Assembly: GCA_964016885.1 (NCBI GenBank)
Contig: OZ024743.1
Span: 285,386,001 to 285,450,000, forward strand
From: Eledone cirrhosa
Lineage: Eukaryota
Length of the DNA stretch: 64,000 nt
Direction of reading: 5' to 3'
Part shown: positions 14,140-27,315 of the stretch, in pieces
Layout of the letters: each line of letters starts with the position of its first letter
Position numbering within the stretch: position 1 is the first letter of the stretch
Program-made: the position numbers and the translations under genes
The notes under the pieces: generated by a model
Database searches by the model: none
What the model was told of the DNA's origin: nothing
Seen by the model: the letters and a program-made list of their open reading frames with translations, nothing else

Positions 14140-14213
14140 AATGATAATGATAATGATAATGATGCTGACAATGATGACAGCAATGATGACGATGATGATG
14201 ATGATATTTAGGA

Positions 14214-14271
<58 letters not shown>

Positions 14272-14381
14272 ATCATCATCATCATCATCATCATCATGTA
14301 TATATGTATATATATATATATATATGTAAGTATGTATGTATAGTTGAACGTTGATAGTTGAACTATCTGGCAGATGGGTAA

Positions 14382-14424
14382 ACGGTGCTGATGATAGCTA
14401 ACAAGCTTGAAACTAGTACATCGT
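14382..14424 (+). ncRNA. Minimal type-I hammerhead ribozyme motif
   Basis: acggtg CTGATGA t-agct-aaca-agct-t GAAA ctag TA catcgt: 6-bp stem I, intact core, palindromic stem III (ACUAGU), GUA cleavage triplet. Confidence 0.85.
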
Positions 14425-14578
14425 TCCTGTGTCAGTGTTGAACAAAAAGGTGACGTGGTTGCCTTAACACCGTATGGCATAAATTCAGGCTGTTCAGTTT
14501 GTTGACAAACGAACAAAGCGGCGTTATAATAAGCGTCCGCTAAACTGATGCGTGCATATATGTATGTGTACCTGTATG

Positions 14579-14611
<33 letters not shown>

Positions 14612-14727
14612 ATGCATGCTACTGTACGTCTGTATACATATATGTATGTACGTATACATACATACTTACATTTAAGTAAGTGCCATACTAAGAGTGAGAA
14701 ATGAAATTTCGTTTTCATTTTTTTCAA

Positions 14728-14785
<58 letters not shown>

Positions 14786-14835
14786 ACCCTTGCAAGCAGG
14801 GAAAAGCTGACGTAAAATGATGATGATGATGATGA

Positions 14836-14929
<94 letters not shown>

Positions 14930-15120
14930 TTAGGTTTGTTGGTTCACCACTGGATAGAACTGGTCATTCCGTATAGTCAATCTCGATGTAATATTATGGA
15001 GAGTACTCAACGTAATGCAGCTCACCTGTCTTCGTTTGTGTAGTTGGTGGTGCGAGTACGGAGTTAATTATTATAAAATAACAGGAGGCTGGACTGGTGT
15101 AAATCCTTGAAAGATTTATT

Positions 15121-15178
15121 ATACTATGATCATTTCAATGACCGGGTTCAGTATGAATCCGGTGATATCATCAGGTAT
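15121..15178 (-). ncRNA. Minimal type-I hammerhead ribozyme motif followed by AATAAA
   Basis: Minus strand: atac CTGATGA tatcaccggattca-tac-tgaacccggtcatt GAAA tgatca TA gtat aataaa. Confidence 0.8.
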
Positions 15179-15571
15179 TCGAAATATAACAAAGGAATAT
15201 AACAGATAAAATCCATGGGGCTGAAAATCAGAGACAAGAGGACGACCGACTATTTAGCAGCTTCTACCTCAGTCGGTCACCCTCGAGTGTTGATTAATAA
15301 GTCTACTTATGACCATCTGGTGAGGGGGCGTAAGCTTATAATGTGCTACTACATCCCCGTCAAAGAGAAATGTCAGCGTTGAGGTCATGCCACAATCAGG
15401 CTGACTATGCGTGCTAGAAATTGCCGCGAAAAATGTTTTTTCCAAAGAACATATATCTTTAACAAAGGCATATATATGTATATATATATATTTAACGAAG
15501 GAAATGTGGTAAGGAACCAGGTGGACCATAACGCACCAAAGTACTCAATACTTAGGGTAGTAGAGTGGGTA

Positions 15572-15720
15572 ATAGGAACGAGTAGGACCCCGACGGCTGA
15601 GCTCAAGCCGTTTCGACGGCTAATTCTGGACTTAATAAACATTTAAAAAAAAATTTTCATTTAGTCCAGAATTAGCTGTCGAAACGGCTTGAGCTCAGCC
15701 GTCGGGGTCCTACTCGTTCC

Positions 15721-15723
<3 letters not shown>
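15572..15723. repeat. Fold-back inverted repeat (~60-bp arms) carrying the 3' half of a hammerhead (GAAA-cggct-loop-agccGTC)
   Basis: Arms 15572-15632 and 15663-15723 are near-perfect reverse complements; ends in (TA)n. Confidence 0.85.
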
Positions 15724-15756
<33 letters not shown>

Positions 15757-15907
15757 TACACGGGTATGTATGATTGTGTATAGAAGATTATATTAATAAA
15801 AGGAATTCCAACTTTGTCTGATTTACTCGTTTTATTTACAATCCTTTAAAATTATAATGGTATTATAATGAAATAGTTTGGTAGAATATTAAATGTTAAG
15901 TGTTAAT

Positions 15908-15946
15908 TGAACAAGTACTTTCATGTTTTCGCAATCTTCAGGTTCA
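15908..15946 (-). ncRNA. Minimal type-I hammerhead ribozyme motif
   Basis: Minus strand: tgaac CTGAAGA t-tg-cgaaaa-ca-t GAAA gtac TT gttca; 5-bp stem I, palindromic GTAC, weak stem II. Confidence 0.7.
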
Positions 15947-15982
15947 TATTCAGTGGTGACAGTCAAGTTTGCAATTTTCAAC

Positions 15983-16043
<61 letters not shown>

Positions 16044-16132
16044 CCAGAATCAGTTCCTGTCCCACCCTTGCAAGCAGGGAAAAAGCGGACGTAAAATGAA
16101 ATGATGATGATGAGGATGATGATATATATATA

Positions 16133-17410
16133 CAGGGTGTGGACGACATTTGTTCGCAATTTTCAACTGCTAATTTTATGCTAATTTTTTTTACTTCCGT
16201 TGTCACTCTTGTCTTCATAAAAACAGTGACTATATTTCCATTATTTATTTTCAGAATAATTGATTATGAATAATTTTGAACCTCCAAATTTGTGGAAGAG
16301 ACACAGAGTTCTTCTTGGAATCCGCGCCAGGAAGACAAATAAGGAAATTTCAGACTTTCTCAGTATCAGCAGGAGAATGGTGGAAAAAGTCAGAAAGGAA
16401 TTGGAAGATTCAGGATTCGACTACGAAGCAACATCAGAGAGGAAAACACATGATCGACGATCTGATGCCTTCAGAATGCCCGAGTTCATCGCTGAAGTTC
16501 AGGATATCATCAACAATGAACCTAGCAAGTCGATGCATGCCATTGCAAGGGAGAAAGGCGTGGGTGAAAAGCTCATTAGGCTGGTGGTACATGAAGACAT
16601 TCGCTACATTTCATACAAGATGAGGAAAGGACAATTTCTGTCAAAGGCGATGCAAGAAAAGTGACTGAAGCATGCAAAGAAGCTGATCAACAAGTTGAAA
16701 CACCCACTGGAGCCAGACATGCTGTGGTTTTACTCCGACGAGAAAAACTTCTGCCACGACCAGAAGATCAACTCCCAGAACAACAGGTGGCTTGCTGTCT
16801 CATCCAAAGATGTGCCCAGAGTCATGCAGACAAAGTTTCCAGCGACAACATTGGTCTTAGGTGTCGTCAGCAGTCAAGGTGACGTCATGCCACCTCACTG
16901 CTTCCCTGAGGGCCTCAAGCTGAACACCAATGGCTACATCCGCGTTCTGAGCGAGGTAGTAAAGCCCTGGATCGACCAGGTAGCTGCAGGTAGGCCATAC
17001 GTGTGGGAGCAAGACTCAACGCCCTGCCATACCAGCCGAAAGACCCAAGCCTGGCTGTCAGAGAACTTCATCGACCACACTTCACCTGACATCTGGCCTC
17101 CCAGCTCGCCTGACTGCAACCCCCTCGACTTCTTTGTGTGGGGTGCAGTGGAACGAGACACCAACAGATCTAGCTGCAATATGAAAGATTATCTGAAGGC
17201 CAGGATCGCAAGTGCCTTTAGGGGCCTAAGTCGGGGGTCAGTGAAGAAGGCCTGTAGCTGGTTCCGAGGCTGGGTTTATCGAGTGAGATCGAAAGAACAA
17301 GTCATGAAGACAAACTGACCCAAGTTTGATAAATATATCTTAAAAAATAAAACTACTGTGTTATTATTTCCTAGACAGTAATCTTGCGAACAAATATCGT
17401 CCGCGCCCTG
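16133..17410 (+). mobile_element. Tc1/mariner DD37D (maT) transposon; transposase pseudogene 16260-17318
   Basis: ~27-bp TIRs CAGGG(T/C)G(T/C)GGACGA(C/T)ATTTGTTCGCAA, TA flanks. Catalytic SDEKNF / QDSTPCH / SPDCNPLD with 37 residues between D2 and D3. One in-frame TGA (16662) and a C-terminal deletion/frameshift. Confidence 0.92.
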
Positions 17411-17656
17411 TATATATATATATAGATCCAGTGAAAAAGTACTTTATACTTTGGCAAGATTGTATGAAGGGAGCTTCCTGCCAAACTGTTCTTGAGATGT
17501 CTGAGGATGTAATGCTGTGTGTGACTTTAGTAATTTCAAGAACAAGCATTCCATGCTTCATATTGGGTTAGCTTTCCAATAGGGAATTTGAGAATCTGTG
17601 TGTGTGAATGGATATATGTGTATGTGTATGTGTATAGATAGAAAGAGGGGAGAGAG

Positions 17657-17755
<99 letters not shown>

Positions 17756-18752
17756 CTTGTTTATTAGGACCAGCTAAAAAAGAAGTCAATACTATTATAG
17801 GAGAGTAAATCATCATCATCAACATCATCCTTTAATGTCCGTTTTCCCTGCCTGTAATGGTTGGATAGGTTATCATCACTGATCAAATCAGTGTTTAATT
17901 GAAACCCCTGTAGTAATTAAAAAGGAAGGTGGGGTCACATGGACGCTAAAGGGGAATACAATTTATAAAGGGAACACTAAAGATGAATAAAATATATTTC
18001 TAATGCAATTTAATACTCAAGATTATAACAGAGCAAATATTTAGGGAATTTATAAGAAAATGTGTTGATGTAAACTGAGAAGGACATAAACAGGAATAAA
18101 TAAATGTGTTAAGTAGCTATGCAGATTAACATATAACTTAACAAATTCCTTTTGAGAAGGATATATATGGCTTGATACAAACATGTTAGTAAGTTTGTAA
18201 TAATCCAATGGATTGTCAGTTTTGCAGTAATGTATAGCAGATTAACTCTTTTAAAACAAACCCACCCAAAACTGCTTCTGGTTCTATGAAACTAAACCAC
18301 AATCTTTAACCCTTTAGCATTTACATTACACTATATTTACTATTGTATTTTCATGGCAAACACTTTATCTCATATAATTATCTCATATCGAATTTATGAG
18401 ATTTTGATATTATTTATTTTGAGAACAATACCTTAACATCAGTATGAGTGGCCGGTTACAGCTAGTTTGAACAGGAAGAGGTGAGAGAATTCTGGTCGGA
18501 TACAGCTGGTTTAAATGCTAAAGGGTTAAAGCGTTTCTATTTAAATTCAAATTTCAACAACATTGTTGTTTGATATAAGAACCTTTTAAGTTATATTACA
18601 AATATAACTCTCCCCCGCCACCATCTCTCAATCTGCTACACACACCATTTTACCCTCTCAACTATCCTATCTGTTTTATATCACTCTATTCTCATTCAAA
18701 AGAAATTACATCTAGTGCTAGCTTGATTGATTGTTAATGAAAATAATTATAC

Positions 18753-18879
18753 CTGCAGTTCCTTTGAACACATTACATAGTCTGGTGCTATACAAATCTG
18801 GCCAGAGTTCACAGTTTTCCCCCACAGAATACGATTAGCAACATTCTGTAGGTTACAGCTATCATCGATATAAACTGGA
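18753..18879 (-). CDS. ALDH3: ALDH3-like exon 7 (PVYIDDSCNLQNVANRILWGKTVNSGQICIAPDYVMCSKELQ)
   Basis: Catalytic Cys motif N-x-GQ-x-CIAPDY; tttttcAG acceptor; phase 2/0. Confidence 0.97.
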
Positions 18880-19699
18880 CTGAAAAATATAAAAAAATTA
18901 ATGAAATGCTGCAGTGGCATAGAAAAACATAGGCTTTAAGATGAGACCTGAGAATAGAAATATATGACGGTGGGCTGAAAGGTTCCTAGGCTGAGTATGA
19001 AGAAGTGATGCTAGAGCTGTGAAATCTTGCATGCATAAATTTCAATTCTTCTTATTAATAACTGCATTATTTCTTTCCAGGAATTATGTTGAAAAATAAA
19101 TCTCATTTGATCATTCCATGAGAGTATCTTGGTCAGCCTATGAACTTTTCAGCCTATGAACTTCTCACTTGACCCTTGTACATATTAAGTGCTTGGAGGG
19201 GTGAAATACAGCTAAGGAACAGAATGGGAGAAATAGATGTGATAAGTAACTGGAGAGGAGACATAAAGGTGATGACAGTCTGAAGATGCTGTTTAAGTCA
19301 AAAGTTTTGGAAGTTTTGTTTTCACTGTATGAGGCTTCAGTTTAGTTAAAACTATTTGGCACAAACATATCCAATTATCCAGTATTTGGCAATAGGACAT
19401 TACTAATAATTGATTCTGTTTTAGGCAACAAGACAGTTTTAGTAAAATAGAACAAGGGGTGGTTGACTCATATACATCCCTATAAGGCAAAGTTGACTAT
19501 GATGGAATTTGAAGTTAGAACATGTCAACTGCACATTTTACTTTGACTAAGAAAAAAATTATAGTAATAGGCACAGACATGATTGTGTGGTTAAGAAGTT
19601 CACTTTGCAATGATGTGGATTCTGGGTCCAGCCCACTGTACAGAACCTTAGGCAAATGTTTTCTACTAATAGCCTTGGGCTGACCTTCGAAAACCATCA

Positions 19700-21195
19700 T
19701 ATAATCATCATCATCCTCATCATCATCGTTTAACGTCTCTTCCACGCTAGCATGGGTTAGACGGGAATCGTCCCACTTGAGGCAAGATTGGTCGGGTGAC
19801 CGTGTCTCACTTGTATAGGACTGTCTAGCAGGTTTTCTACGGCTGGATACCCTTCCTAACACCAACCACATTTACAGTGTGGACTGGGAGGTTTTTATTG
19901 TGTTACTTACACGGCCACATTACAGCGTGGACTGTGTTTTTTTGTCGTGACACCTACACGACCTCATTAGTTTGGATTGGATGTTGTGGTACCAACATAA
20001 CTTTATAGAGAAAGGGTGGTGTTGGTGGGAGTGGGAGGATGGAGTAGGGGTAGTGGGTTAGGGTGTATATTTGGTTAAGAGGTGCCTACTGACTGTAGGT
20101 TTTGCTTTGTACATAGGCAAGGCAGGTCTTCTGTATTACTGCGTGGCGCCAAAGATCTCGGTCCAGTGACATTGTGTTAGAGAGGTGCAAGTGTGTAAGG
20201 TCGGAATTTATCAAATCCTCCCAGGTTTTTCTCCATAACTTCCATCAATTTTGATCACCCTGCACTTTTTTATACAACTGTCGTCTTTCATGCACATCAC
20301 GTGACTATACCAACGTAGCCTTCTCTCAAGTAAACAGCATCTGATCCCTCTTATTCCTAATTTCTCACTTAGTTCATTTATGTTTTGCAGTATGTTCGCG
20401 TATATTACTATTACACATCCAACGGAGCATGCATGCTTCGTTTCTTTCCAGTCTGCGCAGGTCCTCTGCACACAATGCCCATGTCTCACTGCCATGTAAC
20501 ATTGCTGTTTGTATACAGGCATCATACAATCTGCCTTTTATTTTTAGAGAGAAACCTTTGGTGGCCAACAGCGGTATAAGCTCTCTGAACTTTTTCCATC
20601 CCGTTCTGACTCTGGCTACTGTACTTTCAGAACACCATCCACCACTGCTGATTTCGTCACCCAGGTAATGGAAAGTGTCCAAGTGTCCACTATTTCTATA
20701 GAACCATCAGGGCAATAGAAGGAGCTAGTATCCTGTGTGCACTTGCGACTTATTGCACCTGAGCATCGGTCACATATAAAATCTATGTTCTTAGATAGCT
20801 TACCTGTGATCCCACTACATCGTTTATGTACCCATAGTTTGCATTTGGGACATAAAATGGAATTTCTACCTACTCCTTTCCTACACACTGAGCATGGACA
20901 TTTCCCAGAGGGTACCTGTACCTTATTTTCCTTTCTACATACATCTTAGACAAGTTAACTTTAAGGCCTTTTGATTCTAGGCCATGCTTCAATGTTTGGA
21001 ATTTCTTCTCTAGTTCAGCCATAGATTCAGCTATGAGAGTTAGATCATCTGCATATAGAAGTTACCATGGGCAGCCGGTCTTAAACTCCTCTATTATAGC
21101 CCGAAGGGCAATAATAAATAGGAGTGGGCTAAGGACAGAGCCTTGATGAACACCAACTTTTACGCTAAATTCTTCGCTATATTTATTGTTAATTC
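19700..21195 (-). mobile_element. RTE LINE, 5'-truncated (RT end, PHD finger, 3'UTR, (GAT)n tail); related pieces 23564-24082, 54200-54862, 62930-63295
   Basis: VGVHQGSVLSPLLF, LYADDL, CSVCRKGVGRNSILCPKCKLWVHKRC, LHGSETW, RRLRWY; tail with GGTGTTAGGAAGGG(C/T)ATCCAGC. Confidence 0.9.
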
Positions 21196-21505
21196 TATGT
21201 GATGTGTTGTTTCCTTGAGCAAGACACTTTATTTCACATTGCTCCAGTTTACTCAGCTGTAGAAATGAGGTGATAGGGACTATGGTCGTGGAGGTGCCAC
21301 GGAAGAAAAGCACCCAGCACTCACTGTAAATGAGGTTGGTGTTAGGAAGGGCATCCAGCTGTAGAAATCAAGCCAGAATCAGTTCCCATCCCACCCTTTC
21401 AAGCAGGGAAAAGTGGACGTAAAATGAAATGATGATGATGAATGAATGATATCATCATCATCATCATCTTCGTTTAACGTCCATCTTCCATGCTAGCATG
21501 GGTTA

Positions 21506-21550
<45 letters not shown>

Positions 21551-21850
21551 TGTTTAATATAGAAATGGCTTCTACAGGACTAGAACTGTTTCATTCAAAA
21601 GAAATCATTAGGAAAGTCTATATATATATATATATATCCATGCAAGTGGGAAAAACGGACATAAAAGAAATGTTGATGATAATGTATGTATGTGTGTGTG
21701 TATCTCTGTGTCTCTGTCTGTGTGTCTGCATGAGTGTGCCTATATGTGCATCTGTATGTGTTTATGTTCCATAACTTAATGCTTCAACAAAAAAGCAATA
21801 AATAAAATAAGTACCAGACTTGAAAATCCAAGCACACGGGTCAATATAAC

Positions 21851-22162
21851 TGTAGTGGAGCTACTTGCATGGCGTGTAACAATAATCTATCCAGGCGTGA
21901 TTTGGCTAAAGTCAGACCAATCGTAAGCCACGTATGGATATATATCAACTTCCGCCAGCTCAAAGATTTCCCCGCTTCTTTGGTTTAAACTAGCCTCTTG
22001 CTGCTTTGGACTTCTTCGGCCTGGCACAGCGCCTTTCTTTACTTCTTAAAATTCTTAATTTTGTTTGTCCTTTTGTTTAGCATGTCAAGCCAGCTTAACT
22101 TTTGTGGTTGGTTGTAAATAAAACTTGTAAAATATTATAAAGTGTTGTAATATTTTTCTACA
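21851..22162 (+). mobile_element. Possible solo LTR inserted in a SINE
   Basis: TGTAG...CTACA termini, CCAAT, TATA-like and AATAAA signals in order; no clear TSD. Confidence 0.4.
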
Positions 22163-24084
22163 ACTGAACTACAACTACTTCTAACATTCTTCTTTAATAC
22201 AAACATACTTTTACTTCAACAAACATTCACTGTATGGCTAACTTTGCCTCTCTCTCACTAAACAAACGTTACATTTCGTGCAATAACAATTGGCTAAACA
22301 ACTCCTCGGGTACAACAACAAAATAAATAACAACAACAACTTATATTCATTTCTTATTAATATTATGCCAACACGGCATAATATTATTTTTATGCTAAAT
22401 AATCAACTAAAATCTCCTTAAGGCAGTGCCCCAGCATGGCCACAGTCTAATGACTGAAACAAGTAAAAAAATTAAAGAATAAATGTGGAGTAGTTTAACA
22501 GAATTACTGTGATCTCAAAATTCTCAGGTGTGAGAATAGGTGTAGTAAATATATTTTTTACATAGGAAGTAAATATATCATATACACTGAAATAGAAGCT
22601 GAGGAATATGAGACCAAAAATTTGATGGTAAAATAGTGGTGGAGGTGGTGGGTCGACTTATATACTCCATATAAATAATGTGTTGATTAGCTGCCTTGGC
22701 TTATAAATGGAGTTTGGATTTTTGCCCATTTCTCAGACATAAAATTGATTCCAAAATAATCCCAAAACAATAAAAGACAAAATCCACCACATAGGCTTCA
22801 AGTTCAGGACTGACATAAAGGGACATAACTAAATACCATAAATATTCTATATTTACTATTATATTTTCATGGTAAAGTCTTTACCTCACATAATTATCTC
22901 ACATAATATCGAGCCTATGAGATTTGGATATTATTTATTTTAAAAACAATACCATAACATCAATATGAGTGGCCAGTTACAGTTTGAACAGAAAGAGGTG
23001 AGAGAATTCTGGCTGGATATGACCGGTTTAAATGTTAGAGGGTTAATTAGTAAATATATAGACAAATTTAATTCCTAAAACAGCAGAAATAAGCTAATCA
23101 ACTAATCCTACTTATAATAAGTAATTGTAAGATTACAATGACAGAAAAGAAAGAAAATGATACAGTAGTTTGCTAGATTAAAGAAAAAAGAGTTAATTGA
23201 TCATATCAGCTTACAAATAATACCCGACTAGTAAAGCAAGGTTACTTACTGACCTGCTAATGATTGAGATTTTGACCTTGAACTATTTCTTTACATTCAT
23301 GGTCAGTCACAATTCACAGACAATAACAATAACAGAAGAGTGAATGTTTCATCATAATCCTTAGTATAATCAAACACATTATTTCAGACTGTTATTTTAT
23401 CCCACTGTTCTTTCTTCCAAGTTCTGTGTCCAAATGTTGCTGAAATTACATGCTCATGTAATACATTTCGTGCCCCCAACCCTATTTCCCAAGGGATCTG
23501 CCTACACGCAAATTGTAAATAATATATAATAAATAAAATTATAGATAAATAATATAATATATACGTCCATTTTCCACGCTAGCATGGGTCTGGATGGGAA
23601 TTGTCCCACTTGAGGCAAGATTGGTTGTCTTGCTCAGGACTGTCTGGCGGGTTTTCTACGGCTGGATGCCCTTCCTAACACCAACCACGTTTAAAGTGTG
23701 GACTGGGAGGTTTTTACCATGTTACCTACACGGCCACATTACAGCGTGGACTGTGTGTTTTATTGTTGTGACACCTACACGTCTGGTGGGTTTTCTATGG
23801 CTGAGTGCCCTTCCCAACACCAACCACGTTTACAGTGTGTACTGGGAGATTTTTACCGTGTTACCTACACGGCCACATTACAGCGTGGACTGTGTGTTTT
23901 TTTGTCGTGACACCTACACGACCTCATTTGTTTCGGACTAGATGTTGTGGTACCAACATAACTTCACATTTAAGGGGGTGGTGTGGATGGGGTGAGGGTA
24001 GTGGGACGGGGGTGTATTTTGTTAGAGGTGTCTACTGACTGTAGGTTTCACTTTGTACTTAGGCAAGGCGGGTCTTCTGTAAAC

Positions 24085-24143
<59 letters not shown>

Positions 24144-24566
24144 CTATGTATAAATAAATATTGTATACTTTTTATTTTACTATATTTATATATATGTATC
24201 ATTTGATATTTAATATACTATTATATCATCTCTACGCCCCCAGGGAGGTGGGTGGGTGGGTGGGGGTAACACTCACTTTGAGAACCTCTGCATTAGACTT
24301 ACAACTATATCATCATCATCATCACCACCACCACCACCACCACCACCACCACCACCATCATCATCATCATCTTCATCGTTTTTATATTCCCATTTTTATG
24401 CTGGCATGGGTTGGATGGGACCTTTTGAGGCAATGTTTTATGGTTGGATGCCTTTTCTGATGCCAACCTTTTTAATCCCCTTTTATGCAAAGATCTGACC
24501 TGTCTAGTCTCAGAACTCATTCAATTTATTCCAGCATGGAAAGCAACCATAAAATGTTGATGATGG

Positions 24567-24597
<31 letters not shown>

Positions 24598-24817
24598 GGT
24601 GGTGGTGGTGGTTGTAGTGGTGGTGATGTTGGTGGTGATGGTGGTGGTTGTGTGGATGATGGTGGTGGTTGTGTGGATGATGGTGGTGGTTGTGGTGGTG
24701 ATGAAAATGATGATGATCTGTATACTTTTCTGGTTCACATTCATTCCTGAAAACTACAGAAGAAGAATGAAAATGGTAATAAAACTATTTCAAAAAATTT
24801 TCTCAGAAAAATCTTAC

Positions 24818-24981
24818 CATTTCCCTCCTAATTCTAAGGTGACAGGGGTCAAATGTTCTGCTGCACTTTTCATGATTATTTTGCCAACACGACTACTTCC
24901 AGTGTAAAATATATGATCAAATCTTTCCAGTAAAAGTTCCTGAGTTTCTGGGATTCCTCCATTGTAGACTCTAATACAATC
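24818..24981 (-). CDS. ALDH3: ALDH3-like exon 6 ([54 protein letters not shown])
   Basis: FDHIFYTG and [11 protein letters not shown] (catalytic Glu) motifs; AG/GTAAGA. Confidence 0.97.
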
Positions 24982-25385
24982 CTAATGAAGGAATTTATAA
25001 ATGATTGACACTTTGTTAGAGTTAACATTATTAATAAATGTTTCCAAAACAGATATACAAATAAATATTGGGCAATTTTCAATTATAAATTAAGTTGTGA
25101 TAATGGTTTCTGATTTAGGCACAAGGCCAACAATTCTGGGGGAGGGGAAAGTTGATTAAATCAAACCAAGTACGTTACTGGTACTTTATTTTATCAACCT
25201 CGTAAGGATGAAATGCAAAGCTAACCTCAGCAGGATTTAAACTCAGAACGTAAAGAGACGTAACTATATACCGCAAAGCATATTGTCCAATGTTCTACCG
25301 ATACTGCCAATCTACCCATCTTTAGATCAATAATAATTGTTTCTACTTTTTGGCACAAGGCCAGCAATTACCCCCAATGCATTAC

Positions 25386-25962
25386 CCAAAGCATAAATGA
25401 ATTGAGAGAGAGACTGAGCATAAGAGGAATCAAATGCTGTGTGTAGGAGAGGCGGTTGCGTTGGTATGGACATGTGATGCGTATGAAGGATGACAGCTGC
25501 ATAAAAAGGTGCAGAGCACTAGAAGTCGATGGAAACCGCGGAGTGGGGAGACTCAAGAAGACCTGGGATGAGGTGATAAAAGCCGACCTTACCCAATTAC
25601 ACCTCTCAAAGGCGTCATGCAGTAATACAGAGTACCCGACCTCCCATGGGTACAAGCTGAAGCATATAGACAATATGTCCCCACACCCTCCCACTGCAAG
25701 GTGGTCGTGGAGGTGCCACGGCAAAAAAGCACCCAGCCCACACTGTAAAGTGGACGTGTAGGCGCCACGAAAAAGCACCCAGCACTCACTGTAAATGAGG
25801 TTGGTGTTAGGAAGGGCATCCAGCTGTAGAAATCAAGCCAAATCAGTTCCTGTATGAGCAAGGCATGGTCAGCCGACCAGACACTGCCCACAACAGGACA
25901 ACCCGTCTAACCCATGCTAGCGTGGAAGAACGGACGTAAAACGGTGATGATGATGATGATGA
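25386..25962 (+). mobile_element. RTE LINE 3' end inserted into a minus-strand family-A SINE
   Basis: RWYGHVMRMKDDSCIKRC..KKTWDEV; flanked by ATTAC on both sides, and SINE sequence resumes after the (GAT)n tail. Confidence 0.85.
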
Positions 25963-26815
25963 TTACTGGTACTTTATTTTATCGACCCCGTAAGGATGAA
26001 AAGCAAAGTTAACCTCAGCGGGATTTGAACTCAGAATGGCAAGGGCTGTAACTCTATGCGTCAAAGCATGGCGTCCGACCCTCTACCGATACTGCCAATC
26101 CACCCAATAATAATGATTATATTCCTTTATCCTTCATTCTTTCAACTGCGGCCATGCTGGGGCACCACTTTCAAGTAATTATATTGACCTTAATCTGGTA
26201 CTTTTTTTGGATTCGCAGTATCGGTAGAGGGTCTGATGCCATGCTTTGCAGTAAAGAGTTATGGCCCTTTATGGTCTGAGTTCAAATCTCGCCGAGGTTA
26301 ACTTTGCCTTTCATCCTTACGGGGTCGATAAAATAAAGTACCAGTAATACACTGGGATAATTGCTGGCCTTATACCAAAAGTAGAAACAATTATTATTTA
26401 TGAAATAAAGGGTGGTGGATTGGCAGGATTGGTAAAGTGTTGGACAAAATACTTTGTTGTATTTATTCCCACTCTTTACATTCTGAGTTCAAATTCCACT
26501 GAGGTCAACTTTGTCTTTCATCCTTCCAGGGTTGCTAAAATAAAGTACCAGTCAAATATAATTGACTTTGCTCTCTCCCCAAATTGCTGGCCATGTGCCT
26601 AAATTATAAACCATTATTTATCAAATGACTAAGTCCACCTTTGACATAAAGAGACATAACTCATTACCTAAATAGCACAAGGTATTTTTATTCAATGTAC
26701 TGATGTTCCCCTCCTTTTCTTTTGTTATTTTGTGTTCAGAAGTTCTGTGGTGGATGGTGGATCCATCTATTAGCAGTTACTCATACATCCAAGTATTCTT
26801 TTAATATCTATAAGC

Positions 26816-27315
26816 ATCCTTATGGGGTCGATAAAATAAAGTACCAGTAATACACTGGGTAATTGCTGGCCTTGTGCCAAAAAGTAGAAACAATTATGTA
26901 TATTATTATATCATTATTTCACAGGGCGGTGGATTGGCAATATCGGTAGAGTCGGACACCATGCTTTGAAGCATAGAGTTACGTCCCTTTATGATCTGAG
27001 TTCAAATCCCGCCGAGGTTAACTTTGCCTTTCATCCTTACGGGGTCGATAAAATAAAGTACCAGTAATGTGCTGGGTAATTGCTGGCCTTGTGCCTAAAA
27101 TAGAAACAATTATTTCATAGGGCGGTGGATTGGCAGTATTGGTAGAGGGTCGGACGCCATGCTTTGCAGCAAAGAGTTACGTCCCTTTATGGTCTGAGTT
27201 CAAATCCCGCCGAGGTTAACTTTGCCTTTCATCCTTATGGGGTCGATAAAATAAAGCACCAGTAATACACTGGGATAATTGCTGGCCTTGTGCCAAATGT
27301 AGAAACAATTATTTC
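26816..27315 (+). repeat. Head-to-tail tandem of family-A SINE units (~197 bp, about 2.5 units)
   Basis: GGGCGGTGGATTGGCA...TAGAAACAATTATTTCA repeats directly at ~26922 and ~27120, with a partial unit before. Confidence 0.85.
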
